A stretch of 64,000 nucleotides of DNA from Candidatus Nanoarchaeia archaeon (GTDB lineage: Archaea; Nanobdellota; Nanobdellia; SCGC-AAA011-G17; JACPNG01): contig JAQTMY010000001.1 of NCBI GenBank assembly GCA_028714095.1, positions 185,787 through 249,786 on the forward strand, read 5' to 3'. The notes beneath the pieces are model-generated. The model was not told where the DNA came from, ran no database searches, and was given only the letters and a program-made list of their open reading frames with translations. Positions 30,600 through 40,399 of the stretch are shown here, piece after piece (the stretch's first letter is position 1; every line of letters starts with the position of its first letter). The translations under genes and the position numbers were made by a program.

Positions 30600-30695
30600 G
30601 TCAATAAAGCAAACAAAGAATAATATAAAGATATCGGAAAAGATTAATATTATTTAAAAAGAAAGTTATAAAAACTGTTAAGATATTAATCGAGT

Positions 30696-31658
30696 ATGGA
30701 TCTCTTTTACCCATTAAAATTGTTTGCTGATTGGTTAACATATTCCTTATTTAATCTTTCAAAAGAAAATATAGTTGGAAGTTCTCTAAATTTCTTCATT
30801 TATGATGTTATTAAGATTTTTATTCTTCTCTGTATAATCATATTCTTCTTTGCGTTTATCAGAACCTATCTGCACCCAGAAAAAATCAAGAAGATACTTT
30901 CAGGGAAATTCAAGATAACAGGAAATTTTATTGCTTCATTTATTGGGATATTTACTCCATTCTGTTCTTGTTCCGCAGTTCCGTTGTTTATTGGTTTTGT
31001 AGAATCAGGAGTTCCTTTGGGGGTTACCTTTTCTTATTTAATTGCTGCTCCAATGATTAATGAAGTTGCAGCAGTCTTGTTGTTGGGTTTATTTGGTTGG
31101 AAAATTGCCTTGCTTTATGTTGCTTCAGGATTTATTATTGCAGTAGTTGCAGGTTTTATTTTAGGAAAATTAAAAATAAATCATCTTGTTGAAAATTATG
31201 TCTGGAACCTAAAAAACAAACAAGTTAAAGTTAAGAATATGATCTTCAAGGAAAGGATTAATAAATCCTATGCTGAAACATCTTCATTGGTAAAAAAAGT
31301 ATTTCCCTATATTTTAATCGGAGTTGGAATTGGTTCCTTAATCCATGGCTACGCCCCAGAAAATCTTTTAACAACAATCGCATCTAAACGTAATTTGTTT
31401 GCTGTTCCAATCGCAGTTTTAATTGGAATTCCTCTTTATTCTAATGCAGCAGGAATAATCCCTATAGTAAGTTCATTAATAGAGAAAGGCCTTCCCTTAG
31501 GAACCTCTTTGGCATTTATGATGGCGGTAACCGCCTTGTCAATCCCAGAAGCAATTATCTTAAGAAAAGTTTTAAAACCAAAACTCTTGGCAGTTTATTT
31601 TGCAATAGTTACTCTAGGAATTATCTTTACAGGTTATTTATTTAATCTGATTTTATAA
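30696..31658 (+). CDS. Predicted permease (COG0701/DUF318 family)
   Basis: FTPFCSCSAVPLF motif and a two-fold repeated polytopic architecture. Confidence 0.65.
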   Translation: MDLFYPLKLFADWLTYSLFNLSKENIVGSSLNFFIYDVIKIFILLCIIIFFFAFIRTYLHPEKIKKILSGKFKITGNFIASFIGIFTPFCSCSAVPLFIGFVESGVPLGVTFSYLIAAPMINEVAAVLLLGLFGWKIALLYVASGFIIAVVAGFILGKLKINHLVENYVWNLKNKQVKVKNMIFKERINKSYAETSSLVKKVFPYILIGVGIGSLIHGYAPENLLTTIASKRNLFAVPIAVLIGIPLYSNAAGIIPIVSSLIEKGLPLGTSLAFMMAVTALSIPEAIILRKVLKPKLLAVYFAIVTLGIIFTGYLFNLIL

Positions 31659-31721
31659 TATCCAAAACTTTTCCGAAAAATCCCAAATAATCTTTTTTAA
31701 AAAAATATATCTTAAAAGGTT

Positions 31722-32066
31722 ATGCAACAATCCACTTTGTTAAAAATCTCAATCCTATGTTCAGTTATAGGTTTGTTTATTTTAGTTATAGTTTCAGAAA
31801 ATCTTTCACTAAATAATTCAAATATTTCTTTGATAAATTCTTCCCAGCTAGAACAAAAAGTAAAAATAAAAGGGGTAATAAAACAAGCAACAAATAAAGA
31901 TACAGTTTCATTCCTGACAGTAGAAGACCTAACAGGGAATATTTCTGTAGTAGCTTTTCAGCCTAGTTATAAATTCCAAAAACAGGATATAGTTGAAGTA
32001 GAAGGGATTGTTTCAGATAACTATAATCAAATCCAGATTAACGCATTAAGCATAAAAAAATTCTAA
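31722..32066 (+). CDS. Signal-anchored OB-fold domain protein
   Basis: N-terminal TM followed by an OB-fold-like beta-rich domain (VKIKGVI...VSFLTVEDLTGNISVVAF...VEVEGIV). Confidence 0.4.
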   Translation: MQQSTLLKISILCSVIGLFILVIVSENLSLNNSNISLINSSQLEQKVKIKGVIKQATNKDTVSFLTVEDLTGNISVVAFQPSYKFQKQDIVEVEGIVSDNYNQIQINALSIKKF

Positions 32067-33328
32067 GTTCCTTCTTTCCAGCTGTTTAAGTATTTTATTT
32101 GTTCTTCTGTTAATTCATCAATAACAATATTCATAGCTTCTAATTGCAACTCAGCAATCTTGTTGTCTAATTCTTCAGGCAAGTAAATTACTTTCTTGTC
32201 TAATCTATGTTTAACTAAATATTCACAAGCAAGAGCCTGCCCACAGAAACTGGTTGACATAACCTCGCTAGGATGACCTTCAGCAGCAGCCAGGTTAACT
32301 AATCTTCCTTCTGCGCATAAATAAATTCTTTTTCCATTAACAATATATTCTTCTAAGAAAGGCCTTACCTCTCTTCTATGACTAGCAATTTTTCTCAAGC
32401 CTTTTACATCAACCTCAACATCAAAGTGGCCGCTGTTGGCAACAATTGCCCCATCTTTCATGTGTTCAAAGTGCCTTACAGTTATAACATTAAGATCTCC
32501 TGTTAAAGTACAAAAAATATCTCCAATCTTGCATGCCTCTTCCATTTTCATGACTCTAAACCCATCATAAGCAGCTTGTAATGCACAAAAAGAATCAACC
32601 TCAGTAACAATTACATTTCCACCAAGTCCTTTGCTTCTTAGTGCAAATCCTTTTCCGCAATCACCATAACCAGCAACAACGATGGTTTTTCCAGCAAACA
32701 AAATGTTTGTTGCTCTTATAAAACCATCAACAGTACTCTGTCCAGTTCCATAATAATTATCTAATAAATGCTTAGTCTTATTATCATTGACAGCAATAAC
32801 CGGATATTTTAAGATTCCTTCTTTCTCCATTGCCTTTAATCTTAAGATTCCTGTAGTTGTTTCTTCACAACCTCCAGTAATTGTATGAATTAGTTCAGGA
32901 TATTTAGTATGTATTTCTGTGACTAAATCACATCCGTCATCAATTGTAATAGTTGGTTTAAAATTAATAACATAACCTAAATATCTGTAATAATCTTCGT
33001 TAGTTTCTCCCTTATATGCCCAGACTCTAACATCTTCAGAAGCTAAAGCAGCAGCAACATCATCCTGTGTAGATAAAGGATTACATCCTGTAATTGCAAC
33101 TTCAGCTCCTCCCTTGATTAAAGTTCTAACTAAAACAGCAGTTTCTTTAGTAACATGTAAGGCCATCCCAATTCTTTGTCCTCTTAATGGCTTTTCTCTT
33201 TCAAATCTCTCTTTTATTTTCAACAAAGCCCCCATATTGGATTCAGCAAACTCAATCTTTTTTCTTCCCTGTTCAGCCAAGCTTATGTCTTTAACTTCAT
33301 AATGTTCTTTTTTGTCCATATAGATCAC
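32063..33328 (-). CDS. ahcY: Adenosylhomocysteinase
   Basis: AITGCNPLSTQDDVAAAL and the NAD-binding GYGDCGKG block. Confidence 0.9.
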   Translation of the reverse strand: MIYMDKKEHYEVKDISLAEQGRKKIEFAESNMGALLKIKERFEREKPLRGQRIGMALHVTKETAVLVRTLIKGGAEVAITGCNPLSTQDDVAAALASEDVRVWAYKGETNEDYYRYLGYVINFKPTITIDDGCDLVTEIHTKYPELIHTITGGCEETTTGILRLKAMEKEGILKYPVIAVNDNKTKHLLDNYYGTGQSTVDGFIRATNILFAGKTIVVAGYGDCGKGFALRSKGLGGNVIVTEVDSFCALQAAYDGFRVMKMEEACKIGDIFCTLTGDLNVITVRHFEHMKDGAIVANSGHFDVEVDVKGLRKIASHRREVRPFLEEYIVNGKRIYLCAEGRLVNLAAAEGHPSEVMSTSFCGQALACEYLVKHRLDKKVIYLPEELDNKIAELQLEAMNIVIDELTEEQIKYLNSWKEGT

Positions 33329-33350
33329 CTAAACCTAAACAAAAAACCGT

Positions 33351-34340
33351 TTAAATGTTTTTCGTAAATAAAATTCTATTAATTTCCTCTTTCTCGATTT
33401 TATCCAATCTTGCCCCGATTCTTTCAACAACCTTGGCAGCAAAATAATTCCCTAATCTGCCACATGTCTCCATCTCATAATTTTTACTTAATCCATACAA
33501 GAATCCAGCAGCATACATATCTCCAGCTCCAGCACTATCAATTAGTTTTACTTTGTATCCAGGAACCCTAATTATTTTGTTTTTGTTTTTGATCAAGCAA
33601 CCTTCTTTCCCGATTTTTACAACCGCAATATTACATAGTTTCCCTAAAAAATCCAAGGCCTCTTCTCTCTCCTTTCCAGTAAGAGCTTTAGCTTCATCCT
33701 CGTTTGCAAAAACAACATCAACATAATTCTTAAGAACATTTATCATTAATTCCTTGTTTCTTGAGATTACCCCCGCATCAGAAACATCTAATGAAACCAA
33801 AACATTATTTTTCTTTGCAAAATCCATTGCATGGATGATTGCCTCCCTGAATTCCTTATGTTCTAATTGATAACCTTCTACATGTAATATCTTAGATTCT
33901 TTAATTTCATTCAGGATTAAATCTTCTTTTTTGAATTTGATTCCTGCTCCAAGATAAACAGCAAAGCTTCTTTCCTTGTCTGGAGTGCTAAAAAGAATAA
34001 CATTTCCCGTTATATCCCCCTTACATCTAATCAAATTATTTTTTACATTAACACCAATTTCTTTTTCAAAATAATCTCCTAATTTATCATCTCCAATCTT
34101 GCCGGTTAAAGCAGCTTTTCCGCCCAATAAAGAAAATCCATAAATCGTATTTGCGCAACTCCCCCCTGCCTTCATCAGGATTTTACTTTCTTTTAATTCT
34201 CCATAAATCTTCTCAAATTCTTGTTTAGTCATTTGTTTGAAAATTCCTTTAGAAATATTAAACCTTAACAGATCTTCATCCTTAGTTTTAACTTGAAAGT
34301 CTATCAAAGCAGTTCCAATCCCATAAACATCATATTTCAT
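33351..34340 (-). CDS. PfkB-family carbohydrate/nucleoside kinase (likely adenosine kinase, given the ahcY neighbour)
   Basis: DSAGAGDMYAAGFLYG anion-hole motif and an N-terminal GG dipeptide region. Confidence 0.75.
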   Translation of the reverse strand: MKYDVYGIGTALIDFQVKTKDEDLLRFNISKGIFKQMTKQEFEKIYGELKESKILMKAGGSCANTIYGFSLLGGKAALTGKIGDDKLGDYFEKEIGVNVKNNLIRCKGDITGNVILFSTPDKERSFAVYLGAGIKFKKEDLILNEIKESKILHVEGYQLEHKEFREAIIHAMDFAKKNNVLVSLDVSDAGVISRNKELMINVLKNYVDVVFANEDEAKALTGKEREEALDFLGKLCNIAVVKIGKEGCLIKNKNKIIRVPGYKVKLIDSAGAGDMYAAGFLYGLSKNYEMETCGRLGNYFAAKVVERIGARLDKIEKEEINRILFTKNI

Positions 34341-34520
34341 GCCAATCCCTCAAATAAAGAATAATATAAATATATCGGAAAGCTTTTTAAAGTTAATATA
34401 ACTCAAAAAGATTGTAAATTTAACCATAGGCTTTTTTCTAGCCAAGATTCAAAAAAGAGGCAATAGTTGCTTCTATGAATTCTAATTGGATTTGGTTGGA
34501 GAAGCCGGAAAAGGAGAAAA

Positions 34521-35066
34521 ATGGATAAAATAAGAGAAGAAACAAAAGAATTTGAAACAACCCAGCTTATCCAAACGTTCGTCAAAAAATCAGTCTCTCT
34601 CGAAACCATGCTTAAAGCTCTATTTTGGAACATCAAACGTGAAAGCCTAATCCAATCACTTATGGATTTCCTATCATTCTTTCTCACCAACAATAACCTT
34701 GATTTACCTCCCAAAGAGGTCAGTCCTTCATGGAAAACTTGGAAAGAAAGGTTGGAAAAAACAAAAATCAAAAAAGCAGATGAAGCTATGATCTTCATTT
34801 ACTTTGGTGAAGTTGCAGGGCAACTACTCATATGCCATAAGAATAAAAAGCAAAAAAACGGACAACCTCGGGGGTGCGAACTTTTAGGATTTGATAATAT
34901 CTTAGGAATTGAGAATATAAGCCTCTTCCTTAATGATGACGTCCTCCAATGGACCTCTTCTTTAATCCCCCTCAAGGATTTTATGGACACCGCAATACCG
35001 GTCTATAAAAAATACAAGGAAGAATGGAAACGGAAGACGGAAGAAGATTCAGTATCAAAAAATTAA
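34521..35066 (+). CDS. Hypothetical protein
   Basis: ORF only, followed by an AGGCCC/GGGCCT hairpin plus T-run. Confidence 0.3.
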   Translation: MDKIREETKEFETTQLIQTFVKKSVSLETMLKALFWNIKRESLIQSLMDFLSFFLTNNNLDLPPKEVSPSWKTWKERLEKTKIKKADEAMIFIYFGEVAGQLLICHKNKKQKNGQPRGCELLGFDNILGIENISLFLNDDVLQWTSSLIPLKDFMDTAIPVYKKYKEEWKRKTEEDSVSKN

Positions 35067-35199
35067 ACTTCCATCCTAAGGCCCTTCCCCTCAAAAGGTT
35101 GGGCCTAAATTTTTACGCTCTAAGTATTTACATATATAATAAAAATCCTCCGGAAAAATTCTAAAATCAGATATAAACCTCTTAAAAAATTAAAATAAC

Positions 35200-36390
35200 A
35201 TGTTAGTGGAAATCCTAATCGCAATTCTTATAGGAATAGTCTGCGGAATAATCTCAGGCATAACTCCAGGAATTCATATTAATCTAATTTCAGTTTTAAT
35301 CTTAACTTTTTCTCCATTCCTATTGATTTATTTTTCTCCATTGGCTTTAGCTTCATTGATAATTGCAATGGGCATTATCCATACATTCCTTGACGCAATT
35401 CCATCTATTTTTCTCGGAGCACCAACAGAGGAAACAGCCATCTCAATTCTTCCAGGCCATAGAATGTTATTGGAAGGAAAAGGTTATGAAGCAGTAATGT
35501 TAACAATATTCGGAACAGTAACTGCATTAATAATTTCTTTTTTGTTTATTCCATTGGCTTTAGTCTTATTCCCCTTAGTCTATGAAAAAATAAAAATTTA
35601 CATAGGAATTATCCTTTTGTTTATAATTGGCTTTTTGTTGTTAAAGGAAAAATCAAAACTATTTTCATTGATGATTTTTCTCATGGCCGGAGTTTTAGGA
35701 ATAGCAACATTAAACATGGGGATTAAAAATGTCTTATTCCCTTTGCTTTCAGGACTATTCGGAATCTCAACTTTAATCATAAGTTTAAAAGACAAGCCAG
35801 TAATACCAAAACAAAAGATAACATTTCCAAAATTAGACAAGTCAAGTTACAAGGTTTCATTTATTTCGTTCATTACAGGGGCAATGTGTTCTTTTATGCC
35901 AGGTCTTGGTCCAGCCCAGGGAGCTGTATTAGGCTCCCAATTTATAAAAAAAATCCAGCAAAAAGATTTTTTGATTTTGGTTGGGGGGCTAAGCGCAGTT
36001 AATTTTTTCCTAAGCCTAATCTCCTTATACAAATTGGAAAAAGCAAGAAATGGGGCAGTAGCAATAGTCCTTAAGTTGGTAAATACAATAAATCTTAAAC
36101 AGTTTCTTATCCTTGTCTCAGTAACATTAATTGTTTTGCCAATAGCCGTTCTTCTCTCAGTCAAACTTTCAAAAGCTTTTTCTTTTTTAATAACAAAAGT
36201 AAACTATCAAAAATTATGTCTCTCAATAATATTATTTATCTTAATCTTAACAATCTTTTTATGTGGGATTCCTGGTTTTCTCATTCTTTTATTGTCAACT
36301 TTGATAGGAGTAATCCCCCAGTTAGCAAATACCCCAAAAAATCATTTGATGGGTTGCCTTATTTTGCCTGTTTTGTTTTATTTCCTTTGA
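35200..36390 (+). CDS. TctA-like/DUF112 membrane protein
   Basis: Two repeats carrying the G-x-x-PG-(I/L)-G motif (GITPGIHIN and MPGLGPAQGA) in a polytopic protein. Confidence 0.5.
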   Translation: MLVEILIAILIGIVCGIISGITPGIHINLISVLILTFSPFLLIYFSPLALASLIIAMGIIHTFLDAIPSIFLGAPTEETAISILPGHRMLLEGKGYEAVMLTIFGTVTALIISFLFIPLALVLFPLVYEKIKIYIGIILLFIIGFLLLKEKSKLFSLMIFLMAGVLGIATLNMGIKNVLFPLLSGLFGISTLIISLKDKPVIPKQKITFPKLDKSSYKVSFISFITGAMCSFMPGLGPAQGAVLGSQFIKKIQQKDFLILVGGLSAVNFFLSLISLYKLEKARNGAVAIVLKLVNTINLKQFLILVSVTLIVLPIAVLLSVKLSKAFSFLITKVNYQKLCLSIILFILILTIFLCGIPGFLILLLSTLIGVIPQLANTPKNHLMGCLILPVLFYFL

Positions 36391-39300
36391 TTATTTTAAA
36401 AATCCCAAGAAATTTCTTGCCATCCAAAGAATTAAATGAATCTTTAATGTCTTCTTTTTTCCATCTAGCCTTCAAAAGATTTGCCTCAATGACATTATCC
36501 TTAATCCCTTTTGATCTTGCATTTTTGATATAATTGATTACCTTGCTTAAATCTTTTTTAGGTTTCTCCTTAACAATCTTTTTCCCTTTCTTTAATTTAA
36601 AATAATAAAATCCTGCAACAGCAAAGATTATTAAGAAAATTATTATAAATACAAGCCAAGGGAACCCAGAACTTTCTTCTTCAGTATAATTGACTGTAGG
36701 TTCATAAATATTTTCCTCTTCTTCTGTGTTTTCATCTCCATAAAATTCACTTCTGCTGAGGTCTGTCCCGCACGTATTATCTTCCTTGCATATTTTACCT
36801 GAGGGGCATCCGCAGTCTTTGCAATTGAAAGCTAATATTCCTTTCTCACATTTCATGGGTTTTGATGAAGAACATATCCCGTTCTTTGTTCCATCTCTGC
36901 ATGTACTGCTACTTGAAGAACTTAATGTAGTATCACAATCATCGTCATCTTCATCAGTATCTCCATCACAGTCATTGTCTAAGTCATCACTGCATGAACT
37001 CTCTTCATCCTCCTCATAATCATCTCCGTAATCACACTCATCCCATTCTAAATCCTCATTGCATTCTTGTGTTGAATCCTCACAGACTCCTTCCTGTAAA
37101 CTACAATCCTGTTCATCCCCTTCTTCATCACATTCACATCCTTCATCAATGCTCCCATCGCAGTCATTGTCCAGGTCATCACATAAAGTTTCACTTGATT
37201 CATAATTTATAGAACTATTATAAACACAAGTACTCCAGGAATTACTTACACAAGTTGAATTTATTTTAGCGCAAACTCCAGATCCACAAACTTTAGTATC
37301 TCCATTAGAACAAATAGTTGTTGTTGAAGTAGTATCCATCTCATAGCAAGGACTGTCGCTAAAAGTATTAAACATACTACAGGCCTTATATAATTTGGTT
37401 GAGTCTTCTGCTTTGGATTCAGGATCAAATACCAATAAAGTAGATTTGCCGTCATTGGATTCTGTACTAATCCCGCTGCCAACAGTACTTAAATAATATA
37501 ATTTTCCTTCATATTGAACACTTGCCCCATTTCCAATCGGGAATTCTGGCTGATTAATTGTCTTAACATCAATCCATTTCTTTTGATCAAAATCATAATA
37601 TTCAACATTAGTAGTTCCTTTTTTATTGTTTAGAGTAGCTCCTCCGATAACATAAACTTTATTCCCCTTAACAACTATCCCAGGATCCAAACCATGCTCA
37701 TAAATACTATCCTGCAATTGGGTCCACGAATTTGTTATAGGATCATACATATGGAATAATTTTTGGTTTGAAGCATAATTTCTCCCATTAATATTAAATA
37801 TCCTCCCTCCAACAACATAAACTTTATCATTATAGCTAAACATACCAGGACTTTTTCTTGGGTTAGGAGCAGATTGTAATTTAGCTCTTCCTCCATTTGA
37901 AGCAAGAGTTTGAAATTTTGGGGTATATGGTTTTTCAGTATAGTATGTTATCTTTGAAGTATCAATAACAAATAAATCAGAAAGCCAATTTACTTTTAAT
38001 CCAAGTTCATCATAATTTTTAAAATCAAGTTCATCGTTCCCATACATTGCATTTGCAATCCCCCCAAAAACATAAATTTTATTTCCAATAACTGTACTTC
38101 CGTGGTACATGGTATTTTGTTGACCATAATTTACCCCTCTTCCGCAGTTTTCAGTTCTGCAATCAACTCCAATCGATGCAACTCTCCCCCACCAGTCTAT
38201 TTCAGGATTAAATGAATAAATTACAAATAAAGTATGGGCATTTACAGCAGGCAATCCAAACCCTGCAATAAGATATAGCCAATCCCCAACATTTTCAAGA
38301 CTATTCCCAACAAGGGGTTTATTACCTTCTTCATTTGCTCCCCCTCCTGTTTGAGAAGGGTCATACTTAACAACTAACCAATTTGTATAATCTGGATCTG
38401 GGGCCACCCATTTCTTTTCAGGTTCGTTATGTGTTTCCCATAATCCTGTAGTAAAATTATATTTCTCCATCTGCCCCACAATTGTAAAAGTAGATTTAGG
38501 TTTGGGAGTTGTACCCCATGCAACAAGCCAGCAGTATTTATCTATCCCCCACCATTTCTCTCCTAAATTAGTTCTTCCCGCAATCGCATATAATCCTCCC
38601 TCGTTAATTGCAGAACCTCCTTCTATATGTGGGAACATTGAATCAGGTAATCTTGTCCAGACCCCTTGACAATTTGTACATGTGGTACTGCACTTTTGAT
38701 ACTCATTCCATATACATTCTGCAGTGCAATCACTTCCAGAACAATCTTGGTCAATACCATCCCCGCAAATATCCTTAGATCCTTTTTTCACTAATGGATT
38801 TTTATCATCACAATCCTCACTTGAACAAATCCCATCACCGTCTTCATCAGAACCCTTTCCTGCCATTGTACATCTTCCGGGGATAAGAACCCAGGAAGGA
38901 TAACTTTCCTCACTTTCCTTACAAGGTTCATAATTATTAGGATCATAAACATTATCTACCGAGATAGGAAATTGTGTAACAATATTCTTTCCAGCACATC
39001 CATAACTCTCTCCTTCCTTAATCCCCCAGCAACCATTATCATCATTGTCGATCATCCCATCACCGTCATTGTCAATACCATCAGAACAAGCAGGTTTCTT
39101 TAGCTCACTAATTTCCTTCTCATCAAACCATTCTTCCCATGGTTGGGTAGATTTAGATTGTTTCCATTTAGCATAAGCACATTTGCAGGCCACATCTTCT
39201 TTACCTGGTTGTAAATCTATCTTTCCATCATTATCATTGTCGATGCCATCATAACAACTTCCAGTACCAATATTCTCAGAATTAAAATAAGTATAACACG

Positions 39301-40399
39301 AGCAGTCAGACGCTTTAGTTATTGTTTTTTCAGTTGCTCCGTCAAAGCATAAGGATTTGCTGTTTCCATCCTTGTCATATTGATTTACATAAAGGCATTT
39401 ATCATAAACAACTCCTTCAAGTATCAATAAATTATAAAGACTGTATTTGAAATTCAATGGTTTTGTATTACAACTTAAATCATTAAATCCTCGGATAAAA
39501 TTGGAGGATATTTTATTGTCAGTTTCAATCTTGGAAAATAATTTTAAATCAATACAACCATACCTGAGTTTTGCATTATCCCCCAATTCATTGCCGTTGT
39601 GAGCAACAACATTAAATAAATAACCTCCCCCTAAATCTCCAAAACTAAATTGCCCGTTAAAATCTGCTCCAGTCTCTAATTTTAATCTAGAACTTAAAAC
39701 ATCTCCATAGAAATATTCAAACTCGTTTACTCCAGAAGTTTTAAGATTAACTGAAGCATCTGTGATATCAAGCCTTTTGGCATTTTCATTTATAAAATTA
39801 TAAAATCCTTCCAGAACACCAATACCATAATTATAATCATCCTCACATTTTTTCTTTGCGGTTTCATCAGCTGCTTTTGTCAAACAATCTTTCTTTGTTT
39901 TTTCTAAGTTTGTTCTTCCTTCTGAAAAATGATTTAAGTTAGAGCTTTCAAAAGAAATTTTTCCTTCATATTTATTGCACACTAATAAAACTTCATTATA
40001 ACTCTGATAAACACTATCTCCTATCTTAACAGGTTCAAATAAAGTATTGTCTCCTTTGTAGACAAAAGCACAATCTCCTTCTTTAACCGCTTGGGAATAT
40101 GTTATTTTTGTAGCAATTTCATTCTCCCAAACATTTCCGGTTCCAGGAGTCTTGCTTACACATTTATTACTACTACAAGTTTGCAAGGCCCCACAGCAAA
40201 TATCATTGCAACAAGTTCCTGTACAGCAATCAACAGAACTGCAGCTTTGCCCGACATGAGCACAACTTCCTGGAGTGGAAGGATTATCTGGATCATTATA
40301 GCTTGGATCTTTGCTTATTGCAATTACAAAAACTGAAAGTAATATTGTTAATAACATAACCAGAATAATTTTATTTTTAGATTGCATAATTAAACTCAT
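36359..40399 (-). CDS. Giant (1346 aa) Cys-rich surface protein: signal peptide, Kelch-type beta-propeller repeats, acidic Cys-Asp repeats (C-x-D-x-D-N-D-C-D-G), a C-terminal TM anchor and a Lys-rich tail
   Basis: Propeller repeats: VYVVGGR...YDPITNSW and VYVIGGAT...YDFDQKKW. Acidic repeats: DDLDNDCDGSIDEGC and SDDLDNDCDGDTDEDDDDC. C-terminal TM FPWLVFIIIFLIIFAVAGFYYF, followed by KLKKGKK. Confidence 0.7.
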   Translation of the reverse strand: MSLIMQSKNKIILVMLLTILLSVFVIAISKDPSYNDPDNPSTPGSCAHVGQSCSSVDCCTGTCCNDICCGALQTCSSNKCVSKTPGTGNVWENEIATKITYSQAVKEGDCAFVYKGDNTLFEPVKIGDSVYQSYNEVLLVCNKYEGKISFESSNLNHFSEGRTNLEKTKKDCLTKAADETAKKKCEDDYNYGIGVLEGFYNFINENAKRLDITDASVNLKTSGVNEFEYFYGDVLSSRLKLETGADFNGQFSFGDLGGGYLFNVVAHNGNELGDNAKLRYGCIDLKLFSKIETDNKISSNFIRGFNDLSCNTKPLNFKYSLYNLLILEGVVYDKCLYVNQYDKDGNSKSLCFDGATEKTITKASDCSCYTYFNSENIGTGSCYDGIDNDNDGKIDLQPGKEDVACKCAYAKWKQSKSTQPWEEWFDEKEISELKKPACSDGIDNDGDGMIDNDDNGCWGIKEGESYGCAGKNIVTQFPISVDNVYDPNNYEPCKESEESYPSWVLIPGRCTMAGKGSDEDGDGICSSEDCDDKNPLVKKGSKDICGDGIDQDCSGSDCTAECIWNEYQKCSTTCTNCQGVWTRLPDSMFPHIEGGSAINEGGLYAIAGRTNLGEKWWGIDKYCWLVAWGTTPKPKSTFTIVGQMEKYNFTTGLWETHNEPEKKWVAPDPDYTNWLVVKYDPSQTGGGANEEGNKPLVGNSLENVGDWLYLIAGFGLPAVNAHTLFVIYSFNPEIDWWGRVASIGVDCRTENCGRGVNYGQQNTMYHGSTVIGNKIYVFGGIANAMYGNDELDFKNYDELGLKVNWLSDLFVIDTSKITYYTEKPYTPKFQTLASNGGRAKLQSAPNPRKSPGMFSYNDKVYVVGGRIFNINGRNYASNQKLFHMYDPITNSWTQLQDSIYEHGLDPGIVVKGNKVYVIGGATLNNKKGTTNVEYYDFDQKKWIDVKTINQPEFPIGNGASVQYEGKLYYLSTVGSGISTESNDGKSTLLVFDPESKAEDSTKLYKACSMFNTFSDSPCYEMDTTSTTTICSNGDTKVCGSGVCAKINSTCVSNSWSTCVYNSSINYESSETLCDDLDNDCDGSIDEGCECDEEGDEQDCSLQEGVCEDSTQECNEDLEWDECDYGDDYEEDEESSCSDDLDNDCDGDTDEDDDDCDTTLSSSSSSTCRDGTKNGICSSSKPMKCEKGILAFNCKDCGCPSGKICKEDNTCGTDLSRSEFYGDENTEEEENIYEPTVNYTEEESSGFPWLVFIIIFLIIFAVAGFYYFKLKKGKKIVKEKPKKDLSKVINYIKNARSKGIKDNVIEANLLKARWKKEDIKDSFNSLDGKKFLGIFKIIKGNKTKQAK

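Noticed and set aside
34403-34798. A 131-aa minus-strand ORF lies between pfkB and the 34521..35066 gene.
   Set aside because: It overlaps the plus-strand ORF and the pfkB promoter element. It has no RBS or TATA context and its composition looks like chance.
36786-37482. Short ORFs with His/Pro-rich or Ser-rich translations lie inside the giant surface protein gene.
   Set aside because: They are alternative-frame artefacts of the Cys/Asp repeat-encoding DNA.
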